NCBI GenBank assembly: GCA_963558245.1
Contig: CAUWGA010000004.1
Span: forward strand, 3,198 to 67,197
Direction of reading: 5' to 3'
Length of the DNA: 64,000 bases
DNA from: an uncultured Clostridia bacterium
GTDB lineage: Bacteria > Bacillota > Clostridia > TANB77 > CAG-508
In this document: in pieces, positions 18,401-28,338 of the stretch
Layout: every line of letters begins with the position of its first letter
Position numbering within the stretch: position 1 is the stretch's first letter
The notes under the pieces: generated by a model
What the model saw: the letters and a program-made list of their open reading frames with translations, nothing else
Told to the model about the DNA's origin: nothing
The model's database searches: none
Position numbers and translations under genes: made by a program

Positions 18401-19711
18401 TTATTTTGAAATAATTGAATTAATATTATTGAGTTCTTTTTTCATTAAATTATAGAAATTTTCACTAATAGAATCATCTAAATAATTTTGGTAATTATAT
18501 ATTATTTTATTAATATCAACTAATTTCATTTTTTGATTTTTAGCAGAAGTATCTTTATACATATAAATAGAAACAGGTTCTACTTTATCAACTGAAACAG
18601 TACCATCTACATGTTTGGTTATAGTTAAATTTAAAATTATAGAATCTCTTGTATATTTAGCATTTTGGTCAGAAATAAAATTTCCTAAAGAATATACAAC
18701 AAACCCTTCTTTAGTAGAACCATCATCTAATATAACAGTTTTCTTTTCGTATGGTTGTAAAACATGTGGATGTGTTCCTAAAATAATATTTACACCGTTT
18801 TGAATTAAAAAATCTGCTAAATCTTCTTGTGAAGAATTTGGTTTTGTTTGATATTCAGTTCCCCAATGCATACATGCAACTATAATATCAGCATTTTTAG
18901 ATTTTGCAGTATTAATGTGTTTTTTTATTAATTCTTTATTATTTAAATTAACACAATAATTTTTATCAGATGGAACGGGAATTCCATTAGTTCCGTAAGT
19001 ATAATTGATAAATGCAATTTTTAACCCTTTAACAAATTTTATTAAAACTTTGTCTTGTTCTTCTTGAGATGTATAAGTTCCAAGATGAGAAATATCAGCA
19101 TCGTTTAAAACATTAATTGTTCTAGAAAGTCCATCATATCCCATATCTAAAGCATGATTTCCAGCAGTAGAAAGGACATCAAAACCTATGCTTTTTAATT
19201 CATAAGCAAGACTATCAGGTGTATTAAATCTTGGATAACTACTATAACCTCTATCTTCACCAGCAAAAGTAGTTTCTAAATTACCAATACAAATATCAGC
19301 AGTTTTGGTATGTGAAGAAATATTTTCAAATACATATGAAAAATCATAAGTATTTGTTTCAGAATTATAGGCATCTTTATATTGAGTATTATGACACATA
19401 ATATCGCCAACAGCAGTCATAGTAAAAGTTGTATCACTTGGTTTTTCCTCATTATTTTTATTTAATTCTTCATTTTTTGCATCTTCTTTTTCTTTATTTT
19501 CAATTTCTTGCCTAGAAGTATCAACTAAATTTTGATAGGAACTACGATTTTTAAAATAATAAAATGTAGCAATAGAAATAAAAACTAAAAGCAAAATTAC
19601 AACAATTGGGATTAATGTTTGGGTAACCTTCTTATGATCTATATCGCTATATTTCTTATTTTTTTGATTTCTATGATTTCTAGCTCGTGTATTTCTTTTC
19701 AAATTTATCAC
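18401..19711 (-). CDS. CapA/PGA_cap-family metallophosphatase-like protein, membrane anchored
   Basis: MTAVGDIMCH, STAGNHALDMG, VACMHWGTEY, ILGTHPHVLQP; N-terminal TM helix. Confidence 0.85.
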   Translation of the reverse strand: MINLKRNTRARNHRNQKNKKYSDIDHKKVTQTLIPIVVILLLVFISIATFYYFKNRSSYQNLVDTSRQEIENKEKEDAKNEELNKNNEEKPSDTTFTMTAVGDIMCHNTQYKDAYNSETNTYDFSYVFENISSHTKTADICIGNLETTFAGEDRGYSSYPRFNTPDSLAYELKSIGFDVLSTAGNHALDMGYDGLSRTINVLNDADISHLGTYTSQEEQDKVLIKFVKGLKIAFINYTYGTNGIPVPSDKNYCVNLNNKELIKKHINTAKSKNADIIVACMHWGTEYQTKPNSSQEDLADFLIQNGVNIILGTHPHVLQPYEKKTVILDDGSTKEGFVVYSLGNFISDQNAKYTRDSIILNLTITKHVDGTVSVDKVEPVSIYMYKDTSAKNQKMKLVDINKIIYNYQNYLDDSISENFYNLMKKELNNINSIISK

Positions 19712-19847
19712 CTCAAAATATAAAATATCAATAACAAATTATCATAAAAAAGCAAAAAATTCAACAAAATTTTTGTTTAAAATAAATCAGTATATTTTTA
19801 TAAAAAATACATATAATAAGAAAAATTTAGAAAGAAAGGGGAAAAAT

Positions 19848-20036
19848 ATGAAAATTATCGACAAAATAGCCTTAGCTTTAATAATTATAGGAGCTATAAA
19901 TTGGGGATTAATAGGAATATTCAATTTTAATCTTGTAGCAACAATATTTGGCGATATGTCAATTATATCAAGAATAATTTATGGATTAGTTGGGTTATCT
20001 GGACTATGGGGTATCAAATTATTATTTGATGATTAG
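19848..20036 (+). CDS. DUF378-family small membrane protein
   Basis: MKIIDKIALALIIIGAINWGLIGIFNFNLV...; RBS aagggg upstream. The ORF-track start at 19773 is an unlikely extension. Confidence 0.75.
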   Translation: MKIIDKIALALIIIGAINWGLIGIFNFNLVATIFGDMSIISRIIYGLVGLSGLWGIKLLFDD

Positions 20037-20121
20037 TATGAAAATTGATATTATGTAAAATATATGCTATAATAGATATATGTCAATCATGTATAAAGTA
20101 GAGAAAAAAGGAGGAAATAAC

Positions 20122-20433
20122 ATGAAAAGACGGATAATTTTAATCAGTATATTAACAATGACAGTAGTTTCCCTATTGACGGGATGTGGACAGTCAAAAA
20201 AAGATTTAAGAAACAAGCTGGAAGAAGCTAATGGAAAATGTAGTGAACTGCAAACTGAAGTTCAAAGTCTTAAAGAGCAGATTTCAAATTTGGAACTTAA
20301 AAACAAGACATTTACACAACAAGCTGATGCAAATGCAAATGAAACCTTTCTTGCATTAACTTTTCCATCAGATGGTAACTTTTATAAAGTATCAGATGAA
20401 GAGTTTAACTTTTATTCAGACCAAAGATGTTAA
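20122..20433 (+). pseudogene. Lipoprotein with coiled-coil segment; the frame stays open for 49 more codons after the TAA at 20431
   Basis: Lipobox LLTGC after MKRRIILISILTMTVVS. Past the stop the same frame reads SKVSKDIKIISPIIEERKRDNGFIIYICMSDKGLVYSTSWPNLVVDEN* (to 20580). The terminator hairpin only comes at about 20608-20640. Confidence 0.55.
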
Positions 20434-20712
20434 AGCAAAGTAAGCAAAGATATCAAAATTATCTCTCCAATAATTGAAGAACGGAAAAGAGATAATGGGT
20501 TTATTATTTACATTTGTATGTCAGATAAAGGATTAGTGTATTCTACATCTTGGCCGAATCTAGTTGTGGATGAAAATTAAAATGTAACATGTCGTCAAAT
20601 TTTCTTGAAAAAAAGGGGTTCATAATGAACTCCTTTTTACGTACGTAAATAGCTTGAAAAATATAGAAAAATAAGGTATAATAGCAACGATACAATGATA
20701 GGAGGAGATAAC

Positions 20713-22296
20713 ATGCTAAGTGCAAACGGAGTAACCGTAAGATTTGGAAAAAGAGTATTATTTGAAGATGTAAATATACGTTTTGCAAAAGGGAACTGCT
20801 ATGGTATTATAGGAGCAAATGGTGCAGGAAAATCAACATTTCTAAAAGTTCTATCAGGAGAAATAGAACCAAGTAAAGGAGATGTAACATTAGAAAAAGG
20901 CGAAAGACTTTCAATGTTAAAACAAGACCACTATGCTTTTGAAGAATACACAGTTATAGATACAGTAATTATGGGAAATAAAGAATTATATGACATAATG
21001 AAAGAAAAAGAAGCTATATATGCTAAACCAGACTTTTCAGAAGAAGATGGTATGAAAGCTGCAAAACTAGAGGAAAGATTTGCAGAATTAGACGGATGGA
21101 ATGCAGAGTCAGATGCTGCAAAATTACTAAATGATTTAGGAATAGTTTCAGAAAACCATTATAAATACATGAAAGAGATTGAAGCTAGAGACAAAGTAAA
21201 AGTATTATTAGCACAAAGTTTATTTGGAAATCCAGATGTATTACTATTAGACGAACCTACAAACGACTTAGATTTAAAAAGCATAAATTGGCTACAAGAA
21301 TTTTTAATAGATTATGAAAACACTGTAATTGTAGTATCACATGATAGATACTTCTTAAATAAAGTATGTACATATATTGCAGATGTTGACTTTGGAAAAA
21401 TAAAAGTATATCCAGGAAACTATGACTTCTGGTATGAGTCTAGTCAATTAGCACAAAAACAAGCAAGAGAACAAAACAAGAAAAAAGAAGAAAAGATAAA
21501 AGAATTACAAGACTTTATTGCAAGATTTAGTGCAAATGCATCAAAATCAAAACAAGCAACATCAAGAAAGAAAACATTAGAAAAAATACAATTAGAAGAA
21601 ATAAAACCATCTAACAGAAAATATCCATATGTAGACTTTAAACCAGATAGAGAACCAGGAAAAGAAATTTTACAAGTTCGTAATATATCAAAAACAATAG
21701 ATGGAGTAAAATTATTAGATAAAGTTTCATTTGATGTTAAAGAAGGAAATAAAATAGCATTTTTAGCAGATAATGAACTTGCAAAGACTGTTTTATTCCA
21801 AATAATAGCAGGAGAAATGGAACCAGACGAAGGAAAATTAGTATGGGGAACAACAATTACAACAAACTATTTCCCAAAAGACAATAACTACTTATTTGAA
21901 ACAGATGACAATATAACAGAATGGTTAAGACAATACTCAAAAGACCCAGATGAAACATACATAAGAAGTTTCTTAGGAAGAATGTTATTCTCAGGAGACG
22001 AAGCTTTGAAACAAGTAAATGTATTATCAGGTGGAGAAAAAGTTAGATGTGTATTATCAAAAATAATGCTTTCAGGAGCAAATTTCCTAATTTTTGATGA
22101 ACCAACAAACCATTTAGACATGGAAAGTATAACATCTGTTAACGAAGGAATGAAAAAATTCACAGGAAATATTTTATTTACATCACATGACCACGAATTA
22201 ACTCAAACAGTTGCAAATAGAATAATTGATATAAAAGAAGACGGAACCGTTATAGATAGAGAAATTTCATACAATGAATATTTGGGTATAGAATAA
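20713..22296 (+). CDS. ABC-F family ATPase (YbiT/EttA-like, two cassettes, no TM domain)
   Basis: GANGAGKSTFL, LLLDEPTNDLD, K/E-rich linker, second cassette LSGGEKVR and LIFDEPTNHLD. RBS ggagga lies before the ATG at 20713. Confidence 0.9.
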   Translation: MLSANGVTVRFGKRVLFEDVNIRFAKGNCYGIIGANGAGKSTFLKVLSGEIEPSKGDVTLEKGERLSMLKQDHYAFEEYTVIDTVIMGNKELYDIMKEKEAIYAKPDFSEEDGMKAAKLEERFAELDGWNAESDAAKLLNDLGIVSENHYKYMKEIEARDKVKVLLAQSLFGNPDVLLLDEPTNDLDLKSINWLQEFLIDYENTVIVVSHDRYFLNKVCTYIADVDFGKIKVYPGNYDFWYESSQLAQKQAREQNKKKEEKIKELQDFIARFSANASKSKQATSRKKTLEKIQLEEIKPSNRKYPYVDFKPDREPGKEILQVRNISKTIDGVKLLDKVSFDVKEGNKIAFLADNELAKTVLFQIIAGEMEPDEGKLVWGTTITTNYFPKDNNYLFETDDNITEWLRQYSKDPDETYIRSFLGRMLFSGDEALKQVNVLSGGEKVRCVLSKIMLSGANFLIFDEPTNHLDMESITSVNEGMKKFTGNILFTSHDHELTQTVANRIIDIKEDGTVIDREISYNEYLGIE

Positions 22297-22524
22297 TAGC
22301 AATTGAAAAGATATTTTCAACAATGAATATAATAAAATTTTAAAGAAACCATATAGAAAGTTTATAAAAAGTAAAATAAAAATAGATTATTAAAAGGGGA
22401 TTTTAAACAAGAAAAAAATGCACATTGTAAATGTGTATTTTTTTATAAAACATAGACTTTACTTAATAATATTTGATATAATATCAAATGAAAAAATAAT
22501 TGTAAAATACGAAAGGAAGAAAAG

Positions 22525-24708
22525 ATGGATAAAATAATAACAACAATAGCACAAGAATTAGGTGTTAAGAACTCACAAGTTGAAAACACAATTAAACTAA
22601 TTGATGAAGGAAATACTATACCTTTTATAGCAAGATATAGAAAAGAAGTAACAGGAGGACTAAGTGACGAAACTTTAAGAGAGTTAGGAGAAAGATTAGC
22701 ATATTTAAGAAATTTAGAACAACGAAAAGAAGAAGTGATAAAATCAATTGATGAACAAGGAAAATTAACAGACGAAATCCTTCAAGCCGTAGCTATAGCT
22801 AAAACATTAGCAGAAGTAGAAGATATTTATAGACCTTACAAGCAAAAGAAAAAAACAAGAGCAACAGTAGCAAAAGCTAAAGGATTAGAACCTCTTGCAA
22901 ATATCATTTTAGAGCAAAAAGAAACAACAGATATAAATGACATTGCAAAAGAATATATAAATATAGAAAAGCTTTCAGAAGAAGATAAAAAGAACAAAGA
23001 TAAAGTTGTTGCAACAATAGAAGATGCAATACAAGGAGCATTAGACATAATAGCAGAAATTATTTCAGATAATGCAAAATATAGAAAAGAAATAAAAAAG
23101 CTTTTATTTAGAGAAGGCTCAATTGTAACGAAAGCATCTAATGTCGAAGAAAAATCAAATTATGAAATGTATTATGAATATCAAGAAGCATTAAAATACA
23201 TACCAAGTCATAGAATATTAGCTATTAATCGTGGAGAAAAAGAAGGATTTTTAAAAGTATCTTTAGAAGAACCAGAAGAAAAAATATTAAAATACATAGA
23301 AAGAGATATAATAAAAGGTGAAACACAATTTACTAAAATGCTACAAGACACAATTTTAGACAGTTTCAAAAGATTAATAGCACCATCAATTGATAGAGAA
23401 ATTCGTTCAGATTTAACAGAAAAAGCAGAGGAGAAAGCAATAAAAGTATTTGGTAAAAATTCAAAGCAATTATTGTTAGGAGCTCCAATAAAAGGTAAAA
23501 CTGTTATGGGATTTGACCCAGCATATAGAACAGGTTGCAAAATTGCTGTTATAGATGAAACAGGAAAAGTTTTAGACTACACAACAGTATATCCAACAGA
23601 ACCACAAAACGATGTAGAAGGAGCTAAAAAAGAACTTCTAAAATTAATAGAAAAGGATAAAATAGATATGATAGCAATAGGTAACGGAACAGCATCAAGA
23701 GAATCTGAAATGTTTGTAGCAGACATGATAAAAGAAGCATCCAGACCAGTTCATTATGTAATAGTAAGTGAAGCAGGTGCATCAGTATATTCGGCATCTA
23801 AACTTGCAACAGAAGAATATCCAGATATAAATGTATCAATAAGAGGAGCTATATCTATAGCAAGACGTTTACAAGACCCTCTTGCGGAACTTGTGAAAAT
23901 AGATCCTAAAGCTATTGGAGTAGGGCAATATCAACATGATGTTAATCAAAAAAGATTATCAGAAAGCCTAACTGCAGTTGTAGAAGATAGTGTTAACAAA
24001 GTAGGTGTAGATGTAAATACAGCAACACCATCATTACTTGCATATGTATCAGGAATAAATAAAACAATAGCAAAAAACATTGTAAAATATAGAGATGAAA
24101 ATGGAAAATTAAAAAACAGAAAACAATTATTAAAAGTACCTAAATTAGGAAAAGTAGCCTTTGAACAATGTGCAGGGTTCTTACGTATATTAGATGGAGA
24201 TAATCCATTAGAAATAACAGCCGTACACCCTGAAAGTTATGAAGCAACAGAAAAGTTACTTGAAACAATAGCATTTGATAAAAAAGATTTAAAAGACAAG
24301 GAGAAATTAGAAGAACTAAGAACAAAATTAAAATCAATAAATATAGAAGAAATGTCAAAACAATTAAATATCGGAGAAATGACATTATCAGATATAATAG
24401 AAGAACTTTCAAAACCAGGTAGAGACCCACGTGAAGACATGCCAAAACCTATTTTAAGAAATGACGTTTTAAAATTAGAAGATTTAAAAGAAGGTATGGT
24501 ATTAACTGGTACAGTAAGGAATGTAATTGATTTTGGAGCATTTATTGATATTGGAGTAAAACATGACGGACTTGTGCATATATCAGAAATGAGTGATAAA
24601 TTTATCAAAAATCCATCAGACTTAGTTTCAGTTGGAGATGTTGTTAAAGTAAAAGTAATTAAAATTGATAAAGAAAGACAAAAAGTAGGACTTTCTATGA
24701 AAGTATAA
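22525..24708 (+). CDS. tex: Tex-like transcription accessory protein (YqgF, HhH and S1 domains)
   Basis: NTIPFIARYRKEVTGGL, YqgF-like region GFDPAYRTGCKIAVID, C-terminal S1 domain GMVLTGTVRNVIDFGAFIDIGVKHDGLVHIS. Confidence 0.93.
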   Translation: MDKIITTIAQELGVKNSQVENTIKLIDEGNTIPFIARYRKEVTGGLSDETLRELGERLAYLRNLEQRKEEVIKSIDEQGKLTDEILQAVAIAKTLAEVEDIYRPYKQKKKTRATVAKAKGLEPLANIILEQKETTDINDIAKEYINIEKLSEEDKKNKDKVVATIEDAIQGALDIIAEIISDNAKYRKEIKKLLFREGSIVTKASNVEEKSNYEMYYEYQEALKYIPSHRILAINRGEKEGFLKVSLEEPEEKILKYIERDIIKGETQFTKMLQDTILDSFKRLIAPSIDREIRSDLTEKAEEKAIKVFGKNSKQLLLGAPIKGKTVMGFDPAYRTGCKIAVIDETGKVLDYTTVYPTEPQNDVEGAKKELLKLIEKDKIDMIAIGNGTASRESEMFVADMIKEASRPVHYVIVSEAGASVYSASKLATEEYPDINVSIRGAISIARRLQDPLAELVKIDPKAIGVGQYQHDVNQKRLSESLTAVVEDSVNKVGVDVNTATPSLLAYVSGINKTIAKNIVKYRDENGKLKNRKQLLKVPKLGKVAFEQCAGFLRILDGDNPLEITAVHPESYEATEKLLETIAFDKKDLKDKEKLEELRTKLKSINIEEMSKQLNIGEMTLSDIIEELSKPGRDPREDMPKPILRNDVLKLEDLKEGMVLTGTVRNVIDFGAFIDIGVKHDGLVHISEMSDKFIKNPSDLVSVGDVVKVKVIKIDKERQKVGLSMKV

Positions 24709-24827
24709 TATTAATTTTTATAGAAAAATAAAAAACGAAATAAGCATAATAAAGATTTTTATGAAAATGTAATATTAATTGTTAAATATAAGAAAAATGA
24801 AAAAATATAAAAAAACAGATGTTAAAT

Positions 24828-25009
24828 AACAAATATAAGTTTAAAATATAAATGATATTGCTGTGACTAAAAAATAAATTATAAAATATTAAAAAAGATA
24901 AATGAGGGAACTCAAATTTATTTTGGGAAGTATCATTTATCTTTTTTTAGATTTTATTTTTATTTGTAAGGAACCAAAATATCATTTATATTTTAAATTT
25001 ATATCTGTT
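24828..25009. repeat. Nested inverted repeat between the convergent tex and response-regulator genes
   Basis: 32-nt arms at 24828-24859 and 24978-25009 (about 2 mismatches) enclose an inner hairpin agataaatga...tcatttatct (24896-24942) followed by a T run. Confidence 0.6.
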
Positions 25010-25095
25010 TTGTAATTTCAAGTTAAGATACATTAATTTTATAATATAGTAATCTATCTTGATTAATTCATTATAATTATATCTGAATATTAAAA

Positions 25096-26163
25096 CTATT
25101 CAGAAGGATAATTTTCCATAACTTCATCAATTTCATCTCGATGATTTCTTAAAATATCAAGAAAAACATTAGCAATTTCTGGATCAAATTGAGTTCCCTT
25201 ACATCTTTCAAACTCATCTATTATAACATCTAAAGGCAAAGAATTACGATAAGCTCTCTTAGAAGCCATAGCATCAAAGCTATCTGCAACAGCTGCAATT
25301 CTTGCTAGATAAGGAATATCATTTCCAGCTAATCTACCAGGGTAACCAGTACCATCAAATTTTTCATGATGATGTTCAACTATAGGTAAAATATTTTGAA
25401 AAATTTTTGCATGTGATAATATGTGAACACCGATATTTGGATGTTGCTTAATTTGAGAATATTCATCATCATCAAGTCTACCATTTTTTTGTAAAATAGC
25501 ATCAGGAACACCAATTTTACCAATATCATGAAATAAACCACCAACACGTAAAGTATCTAAATCTGTTTGAGGTAATCCTAAATGTTTACCAAGCAAAACA
25601 GAATATTCTGAAACACGATCAGAATGACCTCTAGTATAAGTATCTTTTGCTTCAACAGTATATCTTAAAGTTTGAATACTTTCTAAATAAGCTTGTTCTA
25701 ATTTTTCGTAAGTATCAGATAATTCAGAGTTTATATGTTTTATTTGATTCATTTGGGCAATTGATTTTATTCCAGATTCGATTAACAACAATAATTGGTC
25801 AAATTTATCGCTTTTTTCACAATAACCTTGTATATCTAACCTTCTAATTGTATCTAATGGAGGAGCTAAATCTTTATGTCCAGTAAGTAATAAAATATAT
25901 AAGTCTTTATTAAATTTTCTAATTTCTTCAACAACTTGGTCACCATGAATAGGAGTCATGATAAAGTCAAGTATCATTAAATCAAAGTGTTCACATTTAA
26001 CCTTTTCAATTGCCTCAAGAGGATCAGTTACGCCAACAAATTGATAGCCAGATCTTTTCAAAAATATTGATAAAGAATCAACAATTCCTTCCTCATCATC
26101 TACTGCAATAATTTTATAATTCGTATTTTCTGAATTTTGAACATTTTGTAATCCTTTTCTCAT
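25096..26163 (-). CDS. Response regulator with HD-GYP output domain (predicted c-di-GMP phosphodiesterase)
   Basis: REC domain (IIAVDDEEG...DLMILDFIMTP). HD-GYP motifs: GHSDRV, LFHDIGKIGVPDAIL, HHEKFDGTGYPGRL. Confidence 0.9.
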   Translation of the reverse strand: MRKGLQNVQNSENTNYKIIAVDDEEGIVDSLSIFLKRSGYQFVGVTDPLEAIEKVKCEHFDLMILDFIMTPIHGDQVVEEIRKFNKDLYILLLTGHKDLAPPLDTIRRLDIQGYCEKSDKFDQLLLLIESGIKSIAQMNQIKHINSELSDTYEKLEQAYLESIQTLRYTVEAKDTYTRGHSDRVSEYSVLLGKHLGLPQTDLDTLRVGGLFHDIGKIGVPDAILQKNGRLDDDEYSQIKQHPNIGVHILSHAKIFQNILPIVEHHHEKFDGTGYPGRLAGNDIPYLARIAAVADSFDAMASKRAYRNSLPLDVIIDEFERCKGTQFDPEIANVFLDILRNHRDEIDEVMENYPSE

Positions 26164-26243
26164 ATGATATACCTCGTAATCTCTAAACTTTTCTACATTA
26201 TATGCATAAAATTGCTAAAAATCAAGAGTTTTTAAGCAAAAAA

Positions 26244-26287
26244 AATTTAACTAGATTTACTGTAGTTGTAAATAATCTAGTTAAATT
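26244..26287 (-). terminator. Hairpin terminator between the histidine kinase and the response regulator
   Basis: aatttaactagatt / aatctagttaaatt 14-bp arms, followed by a T run on the minus strand. Confidence 0.6.
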
Positions 26288-26295
26288 TTTGGTAA

Positions 26296-28335
26296 TTATA
26301 GTGGTAATATTATAGTAAAAGTTGTACCATTTCCTTCTTGAGATTCAAAAGTTATATTTCCACCAAAATGAGCTTTTATTGTTGAATATGACATATATAA
26401 TCCAAGACCTGTACCGTTTTTTCCTTTAGTTGTAATCATTTCTTTAAATAACTTATCTTGTACTTTTGGTGGTAAACCACAGCCATAGTCTTTTATTGAT
26501 ATATGTAATTGATTACCAACTTGTTCTATAATCAAATCAATAGTTTGATTTGTTTTTCCTTCATAAGATTGAATAGCATTTGAAATCATATTATTAATAA
26601 CTTGTACAAGACTATTTATATCACCTTGAATTCTAGTATGTTCATCTGTTTTCACAGAAATATTTAAATATACAATTGCATTTTTGAGTTCATGTTTCAT
26701 AAGAATATTAACTCTTTTTATTAATTCCTCAATATCAAAAGTTACATTTTGAGTTTCTGATAATGTAACAGCTTGACCTTTAACGGCGGTAATAATATCA
26801 GACATATATTCAGTATAATCTCTGATTTTTGCTATCCATGAATCCATATCTTTGGCTATATCATGATGGTCTTGACTATTTACTTCTGGATCATCAATAG
26901 AAGAATCATATTCTTTTATTAAATCAGACAAACCTTCGGCTGCACCAGAAATAGACATTATTGGAGTTTTTAGGTTATGAGCAATACCGCCAATTAATTG
27001 ACCTAAAGAAGCAAGTCGTTCTTGTTCCATAAGTATGGATTGATTATTTCTGATTTGATTAATATTATGTTTAGTAAATATTTGTGTTTGGTTAAATGCA
27101 AGAGATAGGTCAGCAAGCTCATCTTCAGAGGTAACTATTAATTTTTTATTTAAATTAATAGAATTTTCATTTGAAGAAGCAATTTCCTTTAATCTTGAAG
27201 CAACGGTTTTTATCTCTGTAGAAATAGAATGTGCAACATAGATTAAAATACTAAGTATTATTGCAAATAATAAGAAATCACAAACTAAAATCATTTTTAA
27301 AAATTTAGGTTGACGGGTATCATATCTAACACCTGCATAACAATAATCTCCATTATCCAAGTTACATTTTAATGCAATTCCTTCTGTATCTAGACAGAAA
27401 TAATCATAAGTTCTGCCACCTTCTGCAACGGAATTATTTAACACATATTTTATGAAAAACGGTTCTAATACACCATTATCAGAAGCTTGATAACTACCAT
27501 CTTTATTTATTATAAAATATTGATGACTATCATCTAATAAAGTTATTTCAGATAATTTCTTTTCTACATCTTCTGTAGAATTAAATGATTGATTAAATGA
27601 ATCTGAAAGCATTGTAAAATATGATTTGTAATAAACATCCCCAGTCTCTTTAGCTGCTTGGACATATCCAACTAAAGATAAAAATATTAAAGAAACCATT
27701 ACTAAAGGGATAAATTGTAGAAATAGTTTAACAGAAAGTGACTTTATTTTAGATCTCTTTAATGATGACTTTTGTTCTAACTTTTGCATAATTTCAGGAT
27801 ATTCTTCATTTAGTAAAGATATAATGTAAGCAAATTCATTTTTAGAAAACACAAAGCTAGTAACAGAAGATAATGTAAAGAAAGATATGTAAGTTAAACA
27901 AATCTTCAGTATTGTTAGAGGATATGCCTTTATTATGATAAATGTAATAGGTAAAAAAATTAAAGGTAAGATAATCTCTAAAAAATATAAAAGATATGGA
28001 GTATCATAACAAAATCTTCTTATTTTGTATAATATATTTACTACTGTTTCCTTAGAGTTGCTTGGCTTATCCAGCTTAACTAAGAGCTTATGAATACGAT
28101 AAGCTCTTATAAATAAAATAATTAAGCTACATGCAACAATAAGTGAAATTAAAAGTATATATTGTTGAGTATATGTTATTCCATCAAATTCAAGTTGAAA
28201 TGTATTATCTATACTATTAGGTGGATAATTTAAAATTGTGGGTAAAAATCTATAAAGGCACATAGCGATTAATGCTGGAATGCCCAAATATAAAGTTATA
28301 ATCTTTAAAATACAAGCATTAAATCTTTTTATCAT
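26296..28335 (-). CDS. Membrane sensor histidine kinase
   Basis: Multi-pass N-terminus, an extracytoplasmic segment of about 150 aa and a second TM region. H-box LIGGIAHNLKTPIMSI, N-box INNMISNAIQ, G-box GTGLGLYMS. The ATG lies 3 nt after the NRPS stop, and the RBS aaggag is inside the NRPS 3' end. Confidence 0.85.
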   Translation of the reverse strand: MIKRFNACILKIITLYLGIPALIAMCLYRFLPTILNYPPNSIDNTFQLEFDGITYTQQYILLISLIVACSLIILFIRAYRIHKLLVKLDKPSNSKETVVNILYKIRRFCYDTPYLLYFLEIILPLIFLPITFIIIKAYPLTILKICLTYISFFTLSSVTSFVFSKNEFAYIISLLNEEYPEIMQKLEQKSSLKRSKIKSLSVKLFLQFIPLVMVSLIFLSLVGYVQAAKETGDVYYKSYFTMLSDSFNQSFNSTEDVEKKLSEITLLDDSHQYFIINKDGSYQASDNGVLEPFFIKYVLNNSVAEGGRTYDYFCLDTEGIALKCNLDNGDYCYAGVRYDTRQPKFLKMILVCDFLLFAIILSILIYVAHSISTEIKTVASRLKEIASSNENSINLNKKLIVTSEDELADLSLAFNQTQIFTKHNINQIRNNQSILMEQERLASLGQLIGGIAHNLKTPIMSISGAAEGLSDLIKEYDSSIDDPEVNSQDHHDIAKDMDSWIAKIRDYTEYMSDIITAVKGQAVTLSETQNVTFDIEELIKRVNILMKHELKNAIVYLNISVKTDEHTRIQGDINSLVQVINNMISNAIQSYEGKTNQTIDLIIEQVGNQLHISIKDYGCGLPPKVQDKLFKEMITTKGKNGTGLGLYMSYSTIKAHFGGNITFESQEGNGTTFTIILPL

Positions 28336-28338
28336 TTG

